Assembly (NCBI GenBank): GCA_002633005.1
Contig: NMRA01000803.1
Location: 1 to 64,000, forward strand
Reading direction: 5' to 3'
Length of the DNA stretch: 64,000 nucleotides
DNA from: Phoronis australis
Lineage: Eukaryota > Animalia > Phoronida
Both the position numbers and the translations under genes were made by a program. Each line of letters starts with the position of its first letter. The stretch's first letter is position 1. Shown one piece after another: positions 25,001-37,630 of this stretch. The notes under the pieces are model-generated. The model made no database searches. It saw nothing but the letters and a program-made list of their open reading frames with translations, and was not told the origin of the DNA.

Positions 25001-28000
25001 TTTCTTTCCAGCACACGGTGCCTTTCTACGCACACAGCGTGTGCATGAGCGCATAGCCATTACACGAGTGTAGATGAGGTACATTCAGTGTAGTAACATT
25101 CTAAGATAACTCCTTTCCAGTACAAGGTAACAAAGTGTTTGTGATGCCGGACCAGGGGAACTTGTAAACAAGAACAATTTGCTCCCAAATTGAAAAGATC
25201 ATAAATGAAGTAGGTTACGTAGAACAAGTTTTTTGCGAGATTGGTGATATGCGAGAACACGCTAAAATTATCCAAGTGTTTTGCTGCCAGTACCCAAGCT
25301 TCACTCTCGTAGACTAAGGAAGCAGCCGCCACGGCGAGGTGATAGGTTGGCGATGCTAGAATATTGAGCTAAAGGAGAAAATTATCTATTTCCACAAATT
25401 CCATTCCAAAGGCAACGATTTCTCGTCCTACGTGTTCGTGCTAGCGACTTGCCTTAGTTAACCCACACCATGTCAGCGGTGACACATTGCATCTTGGACA
25501 AAATTTGGGCCTGTAAATGATTACTTTGCCTTTCGTTTCGTATTTAAATCGGCAATAAGCTCGGGTACTGTCGAATAAGTGAACTTTTTCGCTTAGACAG
25601 TTTACCCTTATCAACTTGTTCCTCACTCAGATGAGAAATGGTTTCTGGATTTGTAAAGAACTGGCAGTTCGCTATTCCTTGAGATCATGTTCGGCGCATC
25701 AACTGAAACGCTGTGTCAAGCCAACCTGTGCTGTCTGGTCTCAAACAATAATGATTTTCTAATGCTTTTGACACCTTCAAATCACCCTCAGCTTCTGTTT
25801 TGAAACCAATTTCAAAGCGGTAGGTGATCTAATTCGTTCGTTTGTGGGGGAAGGTGGGTTTAAACTGAACGAAATTCACTTACGAAGTACTCATGAAGCG
25901 TGCTCATAGAGTAAGTATTTGCCCAAAGTCCACGACTCTTGGCGCTGTTGTAGGCATTGGTTAGTCGTTGGCGATAATTGTTTATGGCGAAAGTGGCTCC
26001 CAGGATTTCAACACCATGTAAAAACTCATGGATGGCGATATCCTCGTCGCTGCAATGAAAATAATACAACTTTGATTCTAGCAGTCTGTGTGTGTAGAGG
26101 CAGAGTGACGTATGACATAATTAAATGTTTTACTGCCTTTAAAATGTGCCTCATAACTGCTGACTAAATCGCTGCTGGATCTTAATAGCGTATGGTCTCA
26201 TTAAAATAATTCATAAGTTGGAAGATACCTTATAATTACTTGGCGAAATAAATTTCGCCAAGTATACTGCTCTTAGATCAAGTTTTTTGTTCGAACTCTA
26301 CAGGTCCGATTCCCACGAAATTCACTAACAACCCGTAGTCCCGAAAGTACTGAAACCCTATTGTTTTTCGTCACGATCTGATCCAAGATGGCGGACGTGG
26401 TGGCCATTTTTTTCGATTTCAGATGGAAAGACTCATTGAGGCCGCAACTTTTGACGAACACATTTGAAAATCGGAAAAATGTAGAAGTAGACAAGAAGTA
26501 CCAATATCTTCAAAATCATGAACTTAAAGATGGCGGAAATATCGGCGATTGCGCATGCGCATCTCGATTTCGGGAAAAAAGCGTTTTTTCCTGCAAAGGG
26601 TGCATTGAAAATTTTTCAGGTTTTCAGTTTCTTGCAACTAACTATTACTAAATGCTGCGTAACTGCAAGTTCCTTTCAGGATGGAGGATCTGGTGCATTT
26701 TCACCCATTTTCAATCGTGCTGGAGTGATATTTTCAACGGGAAGAGAAAATGAAGTGAATTTTTGTATGTAGTCTCTCTGAGGTATACTCTTTCATAAGA
26801 CGTCTAATAATTTTTTCACAGATGTACTGTTATTGAGTTATTTGCCTTTGAATTTCAAAAAAATGCAAATTTTCGAAAATGTTACGGAATTTTAAAACAC
26901 AGTCTCTTTAGATAGAATTTTAAACGGGCTTTCTGAAGATATTTTTCATTTCTCACTAGGACGTCTACTTTTTGGGTTATATGAGATTTTCTGATAACGC
27001 TGTTCCTTTGTTGACCGATTGAACACGACTGTAGCCTATTTCTCACTGATTTCTGAATTTTTTTTCATCATGTGAATGTTTTCATCATGTTCATAATCGC
27101 CACCACCATCATCATCGTCATCATCATTCCATTGAAGTCTTTTCAGTAAGTTTCGCTCTTCCGAGCGCTTTCATATTATTTTGTCAGTATGGCAGATGGT
27201 GCGAGTTGTTTTGCAACAAGATAATTGACTAAAAGCAGACGAGTATTACATTGTGAATTATTTTAGCAACCACGTTTATCAACTAGCTGTGAGGCAGTTA
27301 AAAGCTGGACAACGCACTGTTTTTTTGTTTTTTTTAATTTAGAAGCTGGGCATTTACAAAACCTTAGTTTTAAATGTGTGCAGAGATTAATGAAAGTGTG
27401 CGAGACAACGCTTTTCCTGGAAGGTGGTCTTTAACAGTCAGGATTTGAGCCTGCTGAAATTAATGAAACACTGAACGATTCCCGGATCTTGCATATCGCC
27501 AACTTACTGCCAACGGTCTAAGTTCTTCTGACAAAGAATGTTTTCTTCCGCGCCCGTGCAGATTGGTTGATGTGTAGTAGCGCCAAAGCCTCGTGCTCGT
27601 GTGTTCCAGTAGTCAGGGAGATTTGAGTGTTCTGGAATGTCAGTGGTCTTTTGGTTTTTCCCGATGATTCCCATTCTACCAAAGTGTTGGTAATACGAGT
27701 TCCGAATGTCATATCGATCCGCGAATAGAAATCGCACGATGTAGCAAGCTCTCCTAAGAGCATCGTCAGCGACAACACTAGATGCTGAAATACGGTCATA
27801 GGATTATTTAAAATAGTATAGAACAAAGGGCTAACTTTAAAATCGCCCACGGTTGATTTTGCCCCTATGCCTCTGATGTCTTACGTTCTAAATATGTTGA
27901 TCCTTACATAAGGCGGTGAGTGGTGGAAATGATTCCAAGGCGGCATCTTTCAAGTTCACCTACGATCCTCCTAATCTCTGTCCCGGACCATCATACATCA

Positions 28001-31000
28001 AACCCATGTTACAATACCCTGGCCACGGGCTCTAGTCACAACTCCAAACTGACACAAGTCGAAAATGCTATCTTCGGCACACCAGTTGATCATACTCTAG
28101 TACGGGTGCAAAATTCCCTACTTAGACCGGTCCTTCTGGACTGGAGTTTGGTCACCGGGTATGTGGAGAACGTTTTCGGCTCGCGTGTGTAGTTTAGGGG
28201 TGGAGGCGGTCTGGGATTTGTACCACGACGGGCCAGATTTGTTGTCCAATTGTCCGTGACAGGCGCTGACAGGATCCTTCCTGAAGCTTTAGGCTACTAC
28301 ACCGTAAGACATGTGCATGTTTTCATTTATAAAATTGATTATAAAAACAACGCCGATAGGATAGAGGGTGTGAGTGGAGCAAATAATTTTAAAGGGAGAG
28401 TCAATACAATACAAGTTCGACTGGGGAAACGTGGTTCTTACCTACGATAGGGATCCCGTACGCCTCTGTATACTTGCGATAGAAATATGACAATCCGCTG
28501 GGTCTCATGTGGGTTGCACTTCGCAAGTTGTTAGGAACCGCTCTCACATGATTGCAACTATGCGTGTTTGTGGCGGAGCCTGGACGAAGAGTTGACCGTC
28601 GACGATAATCTGCAAGATAATAATTGTCTTCATCACCGTCCCATTCAGCCGGGGTTAGTTGTGGTTGTGTGCCCTGCGCGTCAATAAACAATGCAATATG
28701 CGGACAGAGTCATTTGCCTTTTGCTGATTCACCGGACTATTGCCGCAAGCAAATGTATTTGCTTCGCTTACATTCGTACATTAATCTACGAATCGGAATA
28801 CCTCGGGTGTTTTCGCAGCATCAAATTTGTCTGCCCCGAAATAACGCGCCGAACATGACGGTGACATCCCGTTGCTCCCAACTTGTTCGATTGTATAGCC
28901 CAACAACAAGTTGGGAAGTTTACTCCCCCCCCCCCCTCCGTAGTCAATTAACTCCATTCTGGCGTTGATGGTTGGAAGGCCTGCGCTCTTTTGTTTGATA
29001 ATTGCTCTAATCTCCGATCAGATTGTATCTAGCCTGACTGGGGTGGGCTGATAAAAATGAAAGTTAAGTTAATTCAGATATTATCGCACGTTCAGCATCC
29101 CTCACGTCTGGAAAAGTTACTGAACGACAGGACGCTGTAATGAGGTGAGATTAAACATGTTTACTTCGGCAGAGGTAGGTTTATTCCACGGTTTATCAAT
29201 GTTCAAACGCACCTATGACGCCAGGGCGGCGCGCCATACGGGACTGGGGCCATAGCCCCCACCTATTTCCGGTGCGGCGCTGCCCTTGCTCTCATATGCA
29301 GCGCAGACGAGTAGTGGGGCTGGGGGGCGTTCTATAACTACCCCCACTTATTTCACATGCTGCACCGCCCATGTGACGTGGTTGACCAAGAATAACAAAT
29401 AAATCATGGGCCCTCACTAAACTTTCCGAAAATCAAGGCAATTCTACGTCGCGCAACACTATATGTATGTACATGTATTCCCGATGAGATCAGAACGCGA
29501 CCACTTGAGAATTCTTCAGCGTGCTGTTAATTTCAACATCGTGGCGTTTGCACAGCCAGTGATCAAGAAATATTCCCATATTCCAAATAGAGGTTTCCGA
29601 TTCAGTGACGTTATAAAACGATTCTGATTGGATTACACATCGGCATTGTTTGATCACACATCCATCCATATGACCTTACTTCACTATAAGCAGTCATATT
29701 TTAGTATCTAATTGAATGGAGAGACCTCAAAATTCAAAGTTTCAAAACACAGAAGGTGGTGTTAAACCTTGGAACTTGGAGTTGCGTTTGGGATGTTGAG
29801 CACCTTAAATTTGAAGTCGCCATGTCGACGAGGGGGATTTCTTCTTACACACCAGCAGCGCTGATAGTTGTTTTTCAAATACCCTGTGGTGCTGTGATCG
29901 CGGGCTCCTAAGGCATTCGCTGACGTCACTGAAAACTCGGAGGCATGATAGATTATAGACAGCAGATTTGCAACTCGGACATTTTCTTGCGAGATATCCT
30001 AGAGGAGGCGCCACCCTTCTAAATTACCAATTTCAGTTTCCGATTAGTGTATTGTGACGGGAAATTCTCCCATATATTTTACTGTCTAGTAAAACGAAAA
30101 AAAAATAAATTCGACATTAAAACGCTGTTCAAAGTCCTCCAATAGTAAAATTGTTGGTACTGTGAGTACTTTTGGCGATGTTACTGGTCATGTAATTGCT
30201 AAATTCAAACTTCAGTGCTGCAAACATTTAGCCCTTTACATTTCGCCTGTGTGACCGAACACCCGACCACACAACGGCCGACCATGATTAGCAGACGACG
30301 TACTTGCCTGAAGTAAAACTTGCTAATTTTGCCAGGTGTCGCAATTGAATAATGACGTCACGACTTATGCGTAAGCTCATAGCTTTCGTCTATTGAAAAT
30401 ATATGGAGTTGGCGGTCCATGTCTATGGAGACATGTATAAACCTGGGATGGGTTCCGTATACGCAAAATTTTGAGTAGTGAAACTTGTGTGATCACGTAA
30501 TTGGTTTGCATGGAGATATCTCGGCAGACCATGCATTAATTACCTTGCTTTTTAGGACGTTCTTGGGTTTACGGAATGACGCAGGCCTAGCATCATACAG
30601 CCAATCAGGCTCCAGTTTGAAAATCACGTGAGTTACAGCCTGGCTGAAGTCTGCACAGGTACAGATAACGTTCAGCTACGGGGTGGCATCAGCTTCGTCC
30701 ACGAGCCTCAAGATGACGATATGATCTGTTTCGCCATTGAGGCTGTATCCCTTATGTGCGCAGATTGGTGGTGCACGACATTGACCGCTGACAAGAGCGA
30801 CACATGAAACCTTCAACCATCTGACGATTCTCGTACTTACTTCTTTAAGGTGATGTGATAAATTTAATTATTTTCCACCAGAAGCTAAACAAGATCAAAA
30901 CGCAAATTTTCACTCTCTCCGCAGGCGTTGTTGGCTACCATTCGTGATTTGGAAGTAGAGGACGCCGTTTTCATTATTGTTTGAAATAAAAGGCCACACG

Positions 31001-31994
31001 CGTACTTATTGTCAATTATTGACAGCACCATACAAATTGTCCTGATCTAAACCTAAATTGCGGCATAAACACCACTCATGTTGATTTTTGTATTATATTA
31101 GAGCAATTTGCAGAGGTGATATAACTTGAATTAATAGAGCTTGCGATATTAAGGCGATTTCTGTAAAAACATGTCAGAATTCTACTAGGTAAATTTCTCC
31201 TCACCAAGCCGCAAATGGCTTATCAGCGCCATCGCCAGGCTTGGGGACGAGGCTGAGGTGACATTTGGGCAACGAAAATAAGTGTGCGCTGTCCAGACGA
31301 CTGTCCCGGCGACAGTCGTTCAGTTGCTCATGACGAGAATGGACAGTCCTGCCATTTGACTTCATCCGGAACACTTAGGCGTTTTCGTTGCCTCAAATTT
31401 CCTCTCGGAGATGAATGATATCTGCATGTGTAAACTTCAGCCATGGCATTCTTCAGACTGAAAGTCGCACTAATGATTTTCCAAATGATTAAAGTCTGCA
31501 CATGTACAGATAGCTTTTACATCTGAGAAGAATTTGGAGACTGCGAAAAAACCCAGACTTGTTCTGGACGATACAGCTGTATGTAGAACGTACACGTTTC
31601 TGACATACGCCGAACATGGTTTCAAGAGACATTTGTTTTGCCTAATTATCATAAATCTAGTTTTAACGATTAATCTCCACTTATAATGATGGCACGGCAA
31701 CAAGTCCGAACATGATTTTCAATTAAAGTCGCAAATCAAGAGGTTTATTTTTAAAACGGCGGTGAATCATCCACCTGCTTCAGCCGGTCAAAAAATGCCT
31801 TGCGAACACAATATTGTAATTTACAGCTTATGAACGTTTATCTGCGTTTCTACAGCAATATGCCTACTTACTTGCTGCCACATCCGGGGTATTGTAAAGT
31901 ACGTAATATTCGGCGTCGCCAAGCGGGAGAGAAACAGCGCCTGCGTTATCGCCAACAGGGTCTTGCGGTAACTCTGAGGCGACTTGGTAGGAAG
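22010..31994 (-). CDS. Multi-exon zinc metallopeptidase (anthrax lethal factor/PPEP-like, M34-like gluzincin) with Gly-Thr linker and C-terminal ShKT domain; 5' end not located
   Basis: Phase-consistent GT-AG exons: 31994-31872 and 30650-30544 (both tentative), 28673-28442, 27784-27508, 26049-25884, 24684-24507, 23613-23509, 22134-22010 (TGA). Spliced protein: FYRKYTEAYGIPIVASSVVADDALRRACYIVRFLFADRYDIR...TTDIPEH...YWNTRARGFGAT...TGAEENILC...EDIAIHEFLHGV...GLWANTYSMSTLHEYFAEG...NHVTTKSQLQSYDRTLYDLVLEVFPC, then (GT)n, then CTDKSEHCSYWASNGECQKSANYMKTNCKRSCGLC. Confidence 0.88.
23509..23575 (-). repeat. Coding 12 bp tandem repeat (gggacaggaacc)n encoding a (Gly-Thr)n linker
   Basis: Plus strand (ggttcctgtccc)n inside exon 23613-23509. 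Confidence 0.85.
28855..29072 (-). repeat. ~220 bp diverged repeat, inverted partner of 34367-34588
   Basis: Reverse complement shares ggagattagagcaattatc.aacaaaagag, gccagaatggagttaat and ttcccaacttg with 34367-34588. Confidence 0.8.
29221..29373. mobile_element. GC-rich MITE, 5 bp TSD TGACG
   Basis: ccagggcggcg ... caccgcccatg termini flanked by TGACG on both sides. Confidence 0.6.
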
Positions 31995-33045
31995 CTGAAA
32001 GTAAAAGAGAGAAATTGACATTGCCGCTACGTGCCAAGTCACGATCCAGAAATCTGTCACTCTATCGATCAACCTCACTTTAAAGCTTCCAACATTTGTC
32101 CATTTTTAACCTCATTGTCAATTCCCCACTGATCGCGAACGGAAATCATTTCCAAGATCTTCCCGGCATTCTCCCCACACTCAGCTTTAACAGTTAATTA
32201 GACACAGGGTGCACTCGCAGCTGAAATGTTCAAACTGAGAAATCCAGACACTATATGACGCAACCATTAAAGTTTTGCTCCCGGGAGTTGACAGGAAACT
32301 TGAATTTATTTTTAAGGATTTTTCGTTCTACATTTGTGCCGGCGAACTCTTATTCTGTGTTCGATTGCAGTAACAGTTTACGTGGACGAGTCCTAGCTTG
32401 CACTTGATGACACCGGAAGGCGGAAGACACTGTAAGTTCAGTGTCGCAACTCGAAATTTCAAGTTTTTATTCCAGTTTGTAACTCGAATGAAGGAGTCGC
32501 CAGATGCAAACTTGAACTAATCAGTCCATTCCATATGGTACTCGAACACAGAAAACACTTATTGCGACTTCCCTTAATGTAAGTGCGGGTTTCTTTGTTC
32601 AGCCTTAACGATATTGTGAGAAACGTCTTGACAGTTGTGGATGCAGAGTAGGACTCATTTTTTGGAAACGAGGTGGTTGAGATTAAAAATCTTGTTTGAT
32701 TATTTCTGATCTATCGGAAAGCTCGGTATTGTTTGTAAATATCGATAACTACATCCGTCTGTAGTTTGTCACGAAGAACTGCCTCCCGTTCAGCAACGCT
32801 AGGACCTCGCTAAAAAGCAAGACTTCTCGAGATTACGTGAGATATTGCCGTGCATTTTAAATAAGAGCACGTGACTTTGACTAGGTTTTAGCTAGGTCCT
32901 AGCGTAGGTCCTAGCGTCTACTGAACGCACGCCAGGATTCAGACTATAATCTTTTACTTGTGACTTACATCTAAATGTGAGGATACCCAACGTGTTATCA
33001 TTTTTGTCTTTTTGAGAATATTCCTTTCCAAAGAACTGGGGCTCG

Positions 33046-33199
33046 CAGTGACGGATTTCGGGGGACCAAGGAGGCCATGGCCCAACTAAAGTTCTCCCAA
33101 ATTCCATTTGACAATTTGGGGGTTCAGATGTCTGACGGGCAATATTCTGGCTAATACTCTGCTCTGTCCCCCTTACTCAAAATCCTGGATCCGCCCCTT
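33046..33199. mobile_element. MITE (same family as 10768-10909)
   Basis: cagtgacggattt ... caaaatcctggatccgcccct; shared internal attccatttg and taatactctgc; imperfect TSD gctcg/tctcg. Confidence 0.7.
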
Positions 33200-34366
33200 T
33201 CTCGTTCCTAGACATAAGCTCAAAAACTGATTTAAGTTTAATTTTGAAGGTAGACATTTTTCGAGAGCTAGCGGTTAGTAGGCTATGGCTGCGGTCACAA
33301 TTTTAAGTGGAACGCCGGGGCCCCAATATTCAGTGACATAACTGAGTGATTTGAACTAGGTTTCATTGAAAGTGGGTTGTATGGAGAAAACGGCCACCGT
33401 CGAAGTCAGCGATGTTTAATACGCGCTTTTTGTGCGATGTAGCAAAGGAGTTAATATACCAAATTTGCTTATCTGCCTACAAGCACGCGTGTTGTTGACA
33501 GCGAGCTGCAACACAAAATGTCGCCTCCTGTGACACGTGGCTTCACGTCCATTAGTTCTAGAATGTCCATCTTTCTTATGTATATGTGCTTCGGATTAAC
33601 GAACATTGACCAAATAGCAATTTTAATTGATATTTTATCTTAAAAGGTAATAGAAAGAGAAAGTGCATGTTTTTGAAGTCCGAAAGGGAGACAGTGGGCT
33701 TTTTTCGGACTATTGCCCCCAACTATGGACCTAGACCCGATTTGAGCAAAATAATCATGTCCTTTCACAGCGCCAAAATATTTTCTATTTCCCCAGCTAT
33801 GACTCCCATTTTACGTATACACGTCACGACTTGATCTGTTGTTACCACCACTATTTCAACCAGAGGTTTGACATCATGGGAACAATGATATTTCTTTCAG
33901 CTTTTAGCTGTTTAAAACACTTTACTATGTTGCCACTTTTTTAAACTACTGGATCTCCCTTCTCAAAGGTGATCTTCTGATGTTGCACTGGAAAAATCAG
34001 TCAACCTGCCCTCAAACACATGCGTGTTTTTATTTCCTTCCACCACAATGTCATTAAGAAGTTATGACGGCTTTTTTTCCGTTCAGTGACTTTACCAGAC
34101 GTACAGGGTAGTGAGCGTGTGATAACATCTAGCTTCTTTGTTAACTGCCAAGCACAGTCTTTTGTCTAATATGACAACAGGCAGGCCAATTATCTAACAG
34201 ACCACATGTGAACACAGTCAAACCCAGACCGACTTAGTACATTCGGAAAGAATAGATTGTCGTAACTTCAGTTGTAGTTGGGCGATTTTGGCAATTCAAA
34301 CAATAAACATGACCACCATTTGACGAGGATTTCAGAAATGCAATTGGTTTATGTTCAAATATGTTA

Positions 34367-34588
34367 TAACTTAACTTTATTTTTAACAGCACATCCCAGT
34401 CGGGCTAGATATATTCTTACTGGAGATTAGAGCAATTATCGAACAAAAGAGAGCTGACCCTCCTACCATGAATGCCAGAATGGAGTTAATCAGTCGTGTA
34501 AGATATTGGCTACAGGGGTGTTCTTCCCAACTTGCTGTTTGGCTATAGAATCGAACAAATTGAAAGCAACGGGAAAACGCCGTAATGA
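34367..34588 (+). repeat. ~220 bp diverged repeat, inverted partner of 28855-29072
   Basis: Direct sequence comparison with the reverse complement of 28855-29072. Confidence 0.8.
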
Positions 34589-35747
34589 ATTCGTAACTAA
34601 GGTGGTAGACAGAACCCGTCGGCATCAGAAACTTTGGTCTTGCCTCCTTTTTTGTGGAGCATTAGCCATTACTACAAGGCAGTAAAACACTGTCTGAAAT
34701 AAATCAAACAATCATAGACTGAAACGGCTGTTTTTCTGTCAAATTGGCTTCTGAAATTGAATTCTCCGTGACAAAATTTTCATTGTCGTTTGTTCTCGAG
34801 CAAATGCGATAAGTTTTAGTCAACATACGATGTCATTGTTTCTGTTGTGCTTACAGGGTACTAGGAACCAGTAGCAGGGTACCAAGGGAAGTGTGTTTAC
34901 TGTAATGGCGGACACACAATTGGGTGTGACCTGTGAGCGCCAACAGAAGAGTGCAAGAACGCTTTAACAATAAAAACGTATTACCTAATCCTGGAAACTC
35001 TTTTCGTCTGGAGTTGAAAGTGTACGGGGTACATTTTTGACTATACCATGAAACTACTCATGTTAAAAAACAAGGGAACGTAGATAGGAACACATCTATA
35101 AATTCGAGCTGGCATATTTGATAGAATTCCATTCAAACAATCCGAGAAAGAAGGCGTTAAATTTATGAACCGTTTTCCTCCGTGTGACAAATACCATGCA
35201 AACTCATGAAATATGACGTCGCTTTCGTAAAATGTAACAATGCTACATTTATTGCGTGTGCATTCGACGTAAATTGTAGCAATTACATAAAATGTAACAA
35301 CCTTCTTACATTTTAGGAGAGGCCTAACAATGTAAAATGTAACGATGACGTATCAGGCGTATCAGGATATTGTGTTGTCGCTGAAATATATCTTTCCTGC
35401 TGGCAGTTTCGATAGCTCATTATACTTCACTAGCTGCTGTCTTAATCATCACTCAATGGGTTGTTTTTTTACAGTTCCTGGTATCCCAAAGTTTTAGTGT
35501 TATCAGCTATATTCCAAAATGCTCACTTTCCGCCACCATCCATTTGGCATTTATTGTAACCTTGTTATTATTTTTGAGCAAGGAGACAGTTCAGTGTATT
35601 ACGGAAATACAAGAATTCGCCATGGACTGCAAACTAAGCACGTGATCACACCTTTGTTATCAAAATTCTTGATTCTACAAAACTCTACCTAGACTTAACC
35701 GGGATCTTCATTGTCTAATCAGCAAAGTTCGGTAGCAGCCCTTCGCT

Positions 35748-35888
35748 AATATAAACTTAGATGAAAACACGACTAAACATTTTGTTTGAAAACTTGATAG
35801 AGTCACTCATAGTGTCGAAAGGAGATTGTTTTGACATTACGAGCTTTCAAACAAAAAGTTTAGTCATGTTTTCAACGAAGTTTGTATT
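35748..35888. repeat. AT-rich hairpin / small MITE
   Basis: aatataaacttagatgaaaacacgactaaacattttgtttgaaa pairs with tttcaaacaaaaagtttagtcatgttttcaacgaagtttgtatt. Confidence 0.65.
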
Positions 35889-35939
35889 CTCTAATTAATA
35901 TATCACACGTTTGCAACAGAAATGCGTGGATGATATTTC

Positions 35940-36485
35940 TGGGTTTTTGTCTGTGACAGGCCATTTAGTAACCAGTAACTTCTATGTCAATGACATGGAA
36001 TTGTTTATTGTGATACCTCGAATACATGAGCTAGCTCCCTTTTGGGCGTAGTTTTTAAGTTTCTGGCGGACATTTTCCAGAGGACAGTTTGTCTGTCATG
36101 GGTCATCCAGTGTTCATTGCGGCACGATTTGCTGGTTTCAAGTCAGCCGGTACTTCGAATATATAAGGTAGCTCAAACTTTCAATGACATACCCGGCGTG
36201 GTTGCGATTTTTGGGGATTCTGGCGGGCACAAAACCAGATTGTATTTTCTTTGTCATAGGGCATTTAGTGATCAGTGGCATGTATTGAATCACATGGAAT
36301 TGGTTTTTATGGTACCTCTAATGTGTGAGCTAGCTCATTTATTGGGGGTGCTTTTTGGGTTCCTGGCGCACGCTTTCAAGAGTGAAGTTTGTCTGTCATG
36401 GGTCATTCGGTGTTCATTGCGGAACTATTATTCGTTTTAAATCAGTTTTAGCTGGTACCTGGAATACTGAACTAATATAGCTCAT
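35940..36485 (+). repeat. Two diverged ~300 bp tandem units
   Basis: catttagt, acatggaattg, tgagctagctc and gtttgtctgtcatgggtcat..gtgttcattgcgg recur about 300 bp apart. Confidence 0.7.
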
Positions 36486-36641
36486 TTATGGCCTCCTTGC
36501 AGGTCCCCAGGGGTCACACCCAGAGTGCAGACAACGACAGAAGTCCATTTCTGTACATACTTCGAGGTAATTTCTAAGTGCTCTTATGGTCTGATGTTGA
36601 TACCTCGTTCATCTATGCTTAGTGTTCTGGGCTGCCGGTCC

Positions 36642-37630
36642 ACGAGCGAAACTCACGAGAGACTACCGATCGTCAAGCTCTTAATGAAAGTTCTATTTTT
36701 TCAGAAAATGATCTGGTATTTCCATTTGACGTCATGTATTAGATAATGTACTAATTGTGTCATCAAAGTGCTTGTATTTCGTTGTTCGTGAGACTGAGTT
36801 GGACAAAGATTTACTGGATCTAGGCCCTACATCGCAACAACACTAGGCCTATCACAATCCCGAGTTGGAACGCGTTGACTGAGCTACCCGAGTCAAATGC
36901 CCAGTCTAACAAGATTTACAAGTTTTTTAACATTAGTTTGATCCTCTGCTTGGCTTGTCCGCAACACTGGCCATCGGCATTGCCAAGGTTCCACTTACCG
37001 TAGGCACCGAGTAATCTTTACCACATCTGAAGGTCACAATGCTGCAAAGCATTAGCAATTTTACACTTTCTGTAAATCCGCAATTCTAGTCACAAAAATC
37101 TACCATCGATGTAAGACCGTAGTTACAAGTATTAGCACATGATTTATAATTTCAGTTTACGTTCTACCCGGTGACCAAGCAGAGCCTAAACGCTTACCCA
37201 GAAGAACGAGGAGCGCACTTGCCGCAAACATGTTGATAGACCTACGTGTGGTGCGTTATCGGAGTCGTGAAGTACGTGAGAACTGGCCATGCAGCTTCGG
37301 GTTATATGGTTTGTCGCGCCCACCAATGAGCAAAAGCGTCGCCAATGGACAACACGGGCATGCGTATAGTCGTGTGTCTGTCACATATGGCTTACCCTTA
37401 CTGATAAACTTTGAATGTTCAACTACATGTACGATATTCACACATCCCCACGAAACTCAGTAGTGGACGACTAAGTTCCTCGTGCTGAACTCGGCATGTT
37501 GAATTTGTTTCTTTTTACTGTTTGATTTTGATAGATGTAAATAAAAGGGGTACACTTTTCAAAGCATAGTCAGATTATCCATGGAGCTAACTAAGCAGCT
37601 GTAGCTTGGGTGCCCCGCACAAAATAGGGC
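36642..37630 (+). repeat. Third, more diverged copy of the first ~1.2 kb of the 12.5/16.4 kb duplicated unit (interspersed repeat)
   Basis: cgaaactcacgagagactacc, ttctacccggtgaccaagcagagcct and gagcgcacttgccgcaaacatgttga shared in the same order. Confidence 0.85.

Noticed and set aside
25627-25702. AG...GT-bounded exon-like segment inside a protease intron
   Set aside because: Introduces a stop in the required phase and would split EYF|AEG.
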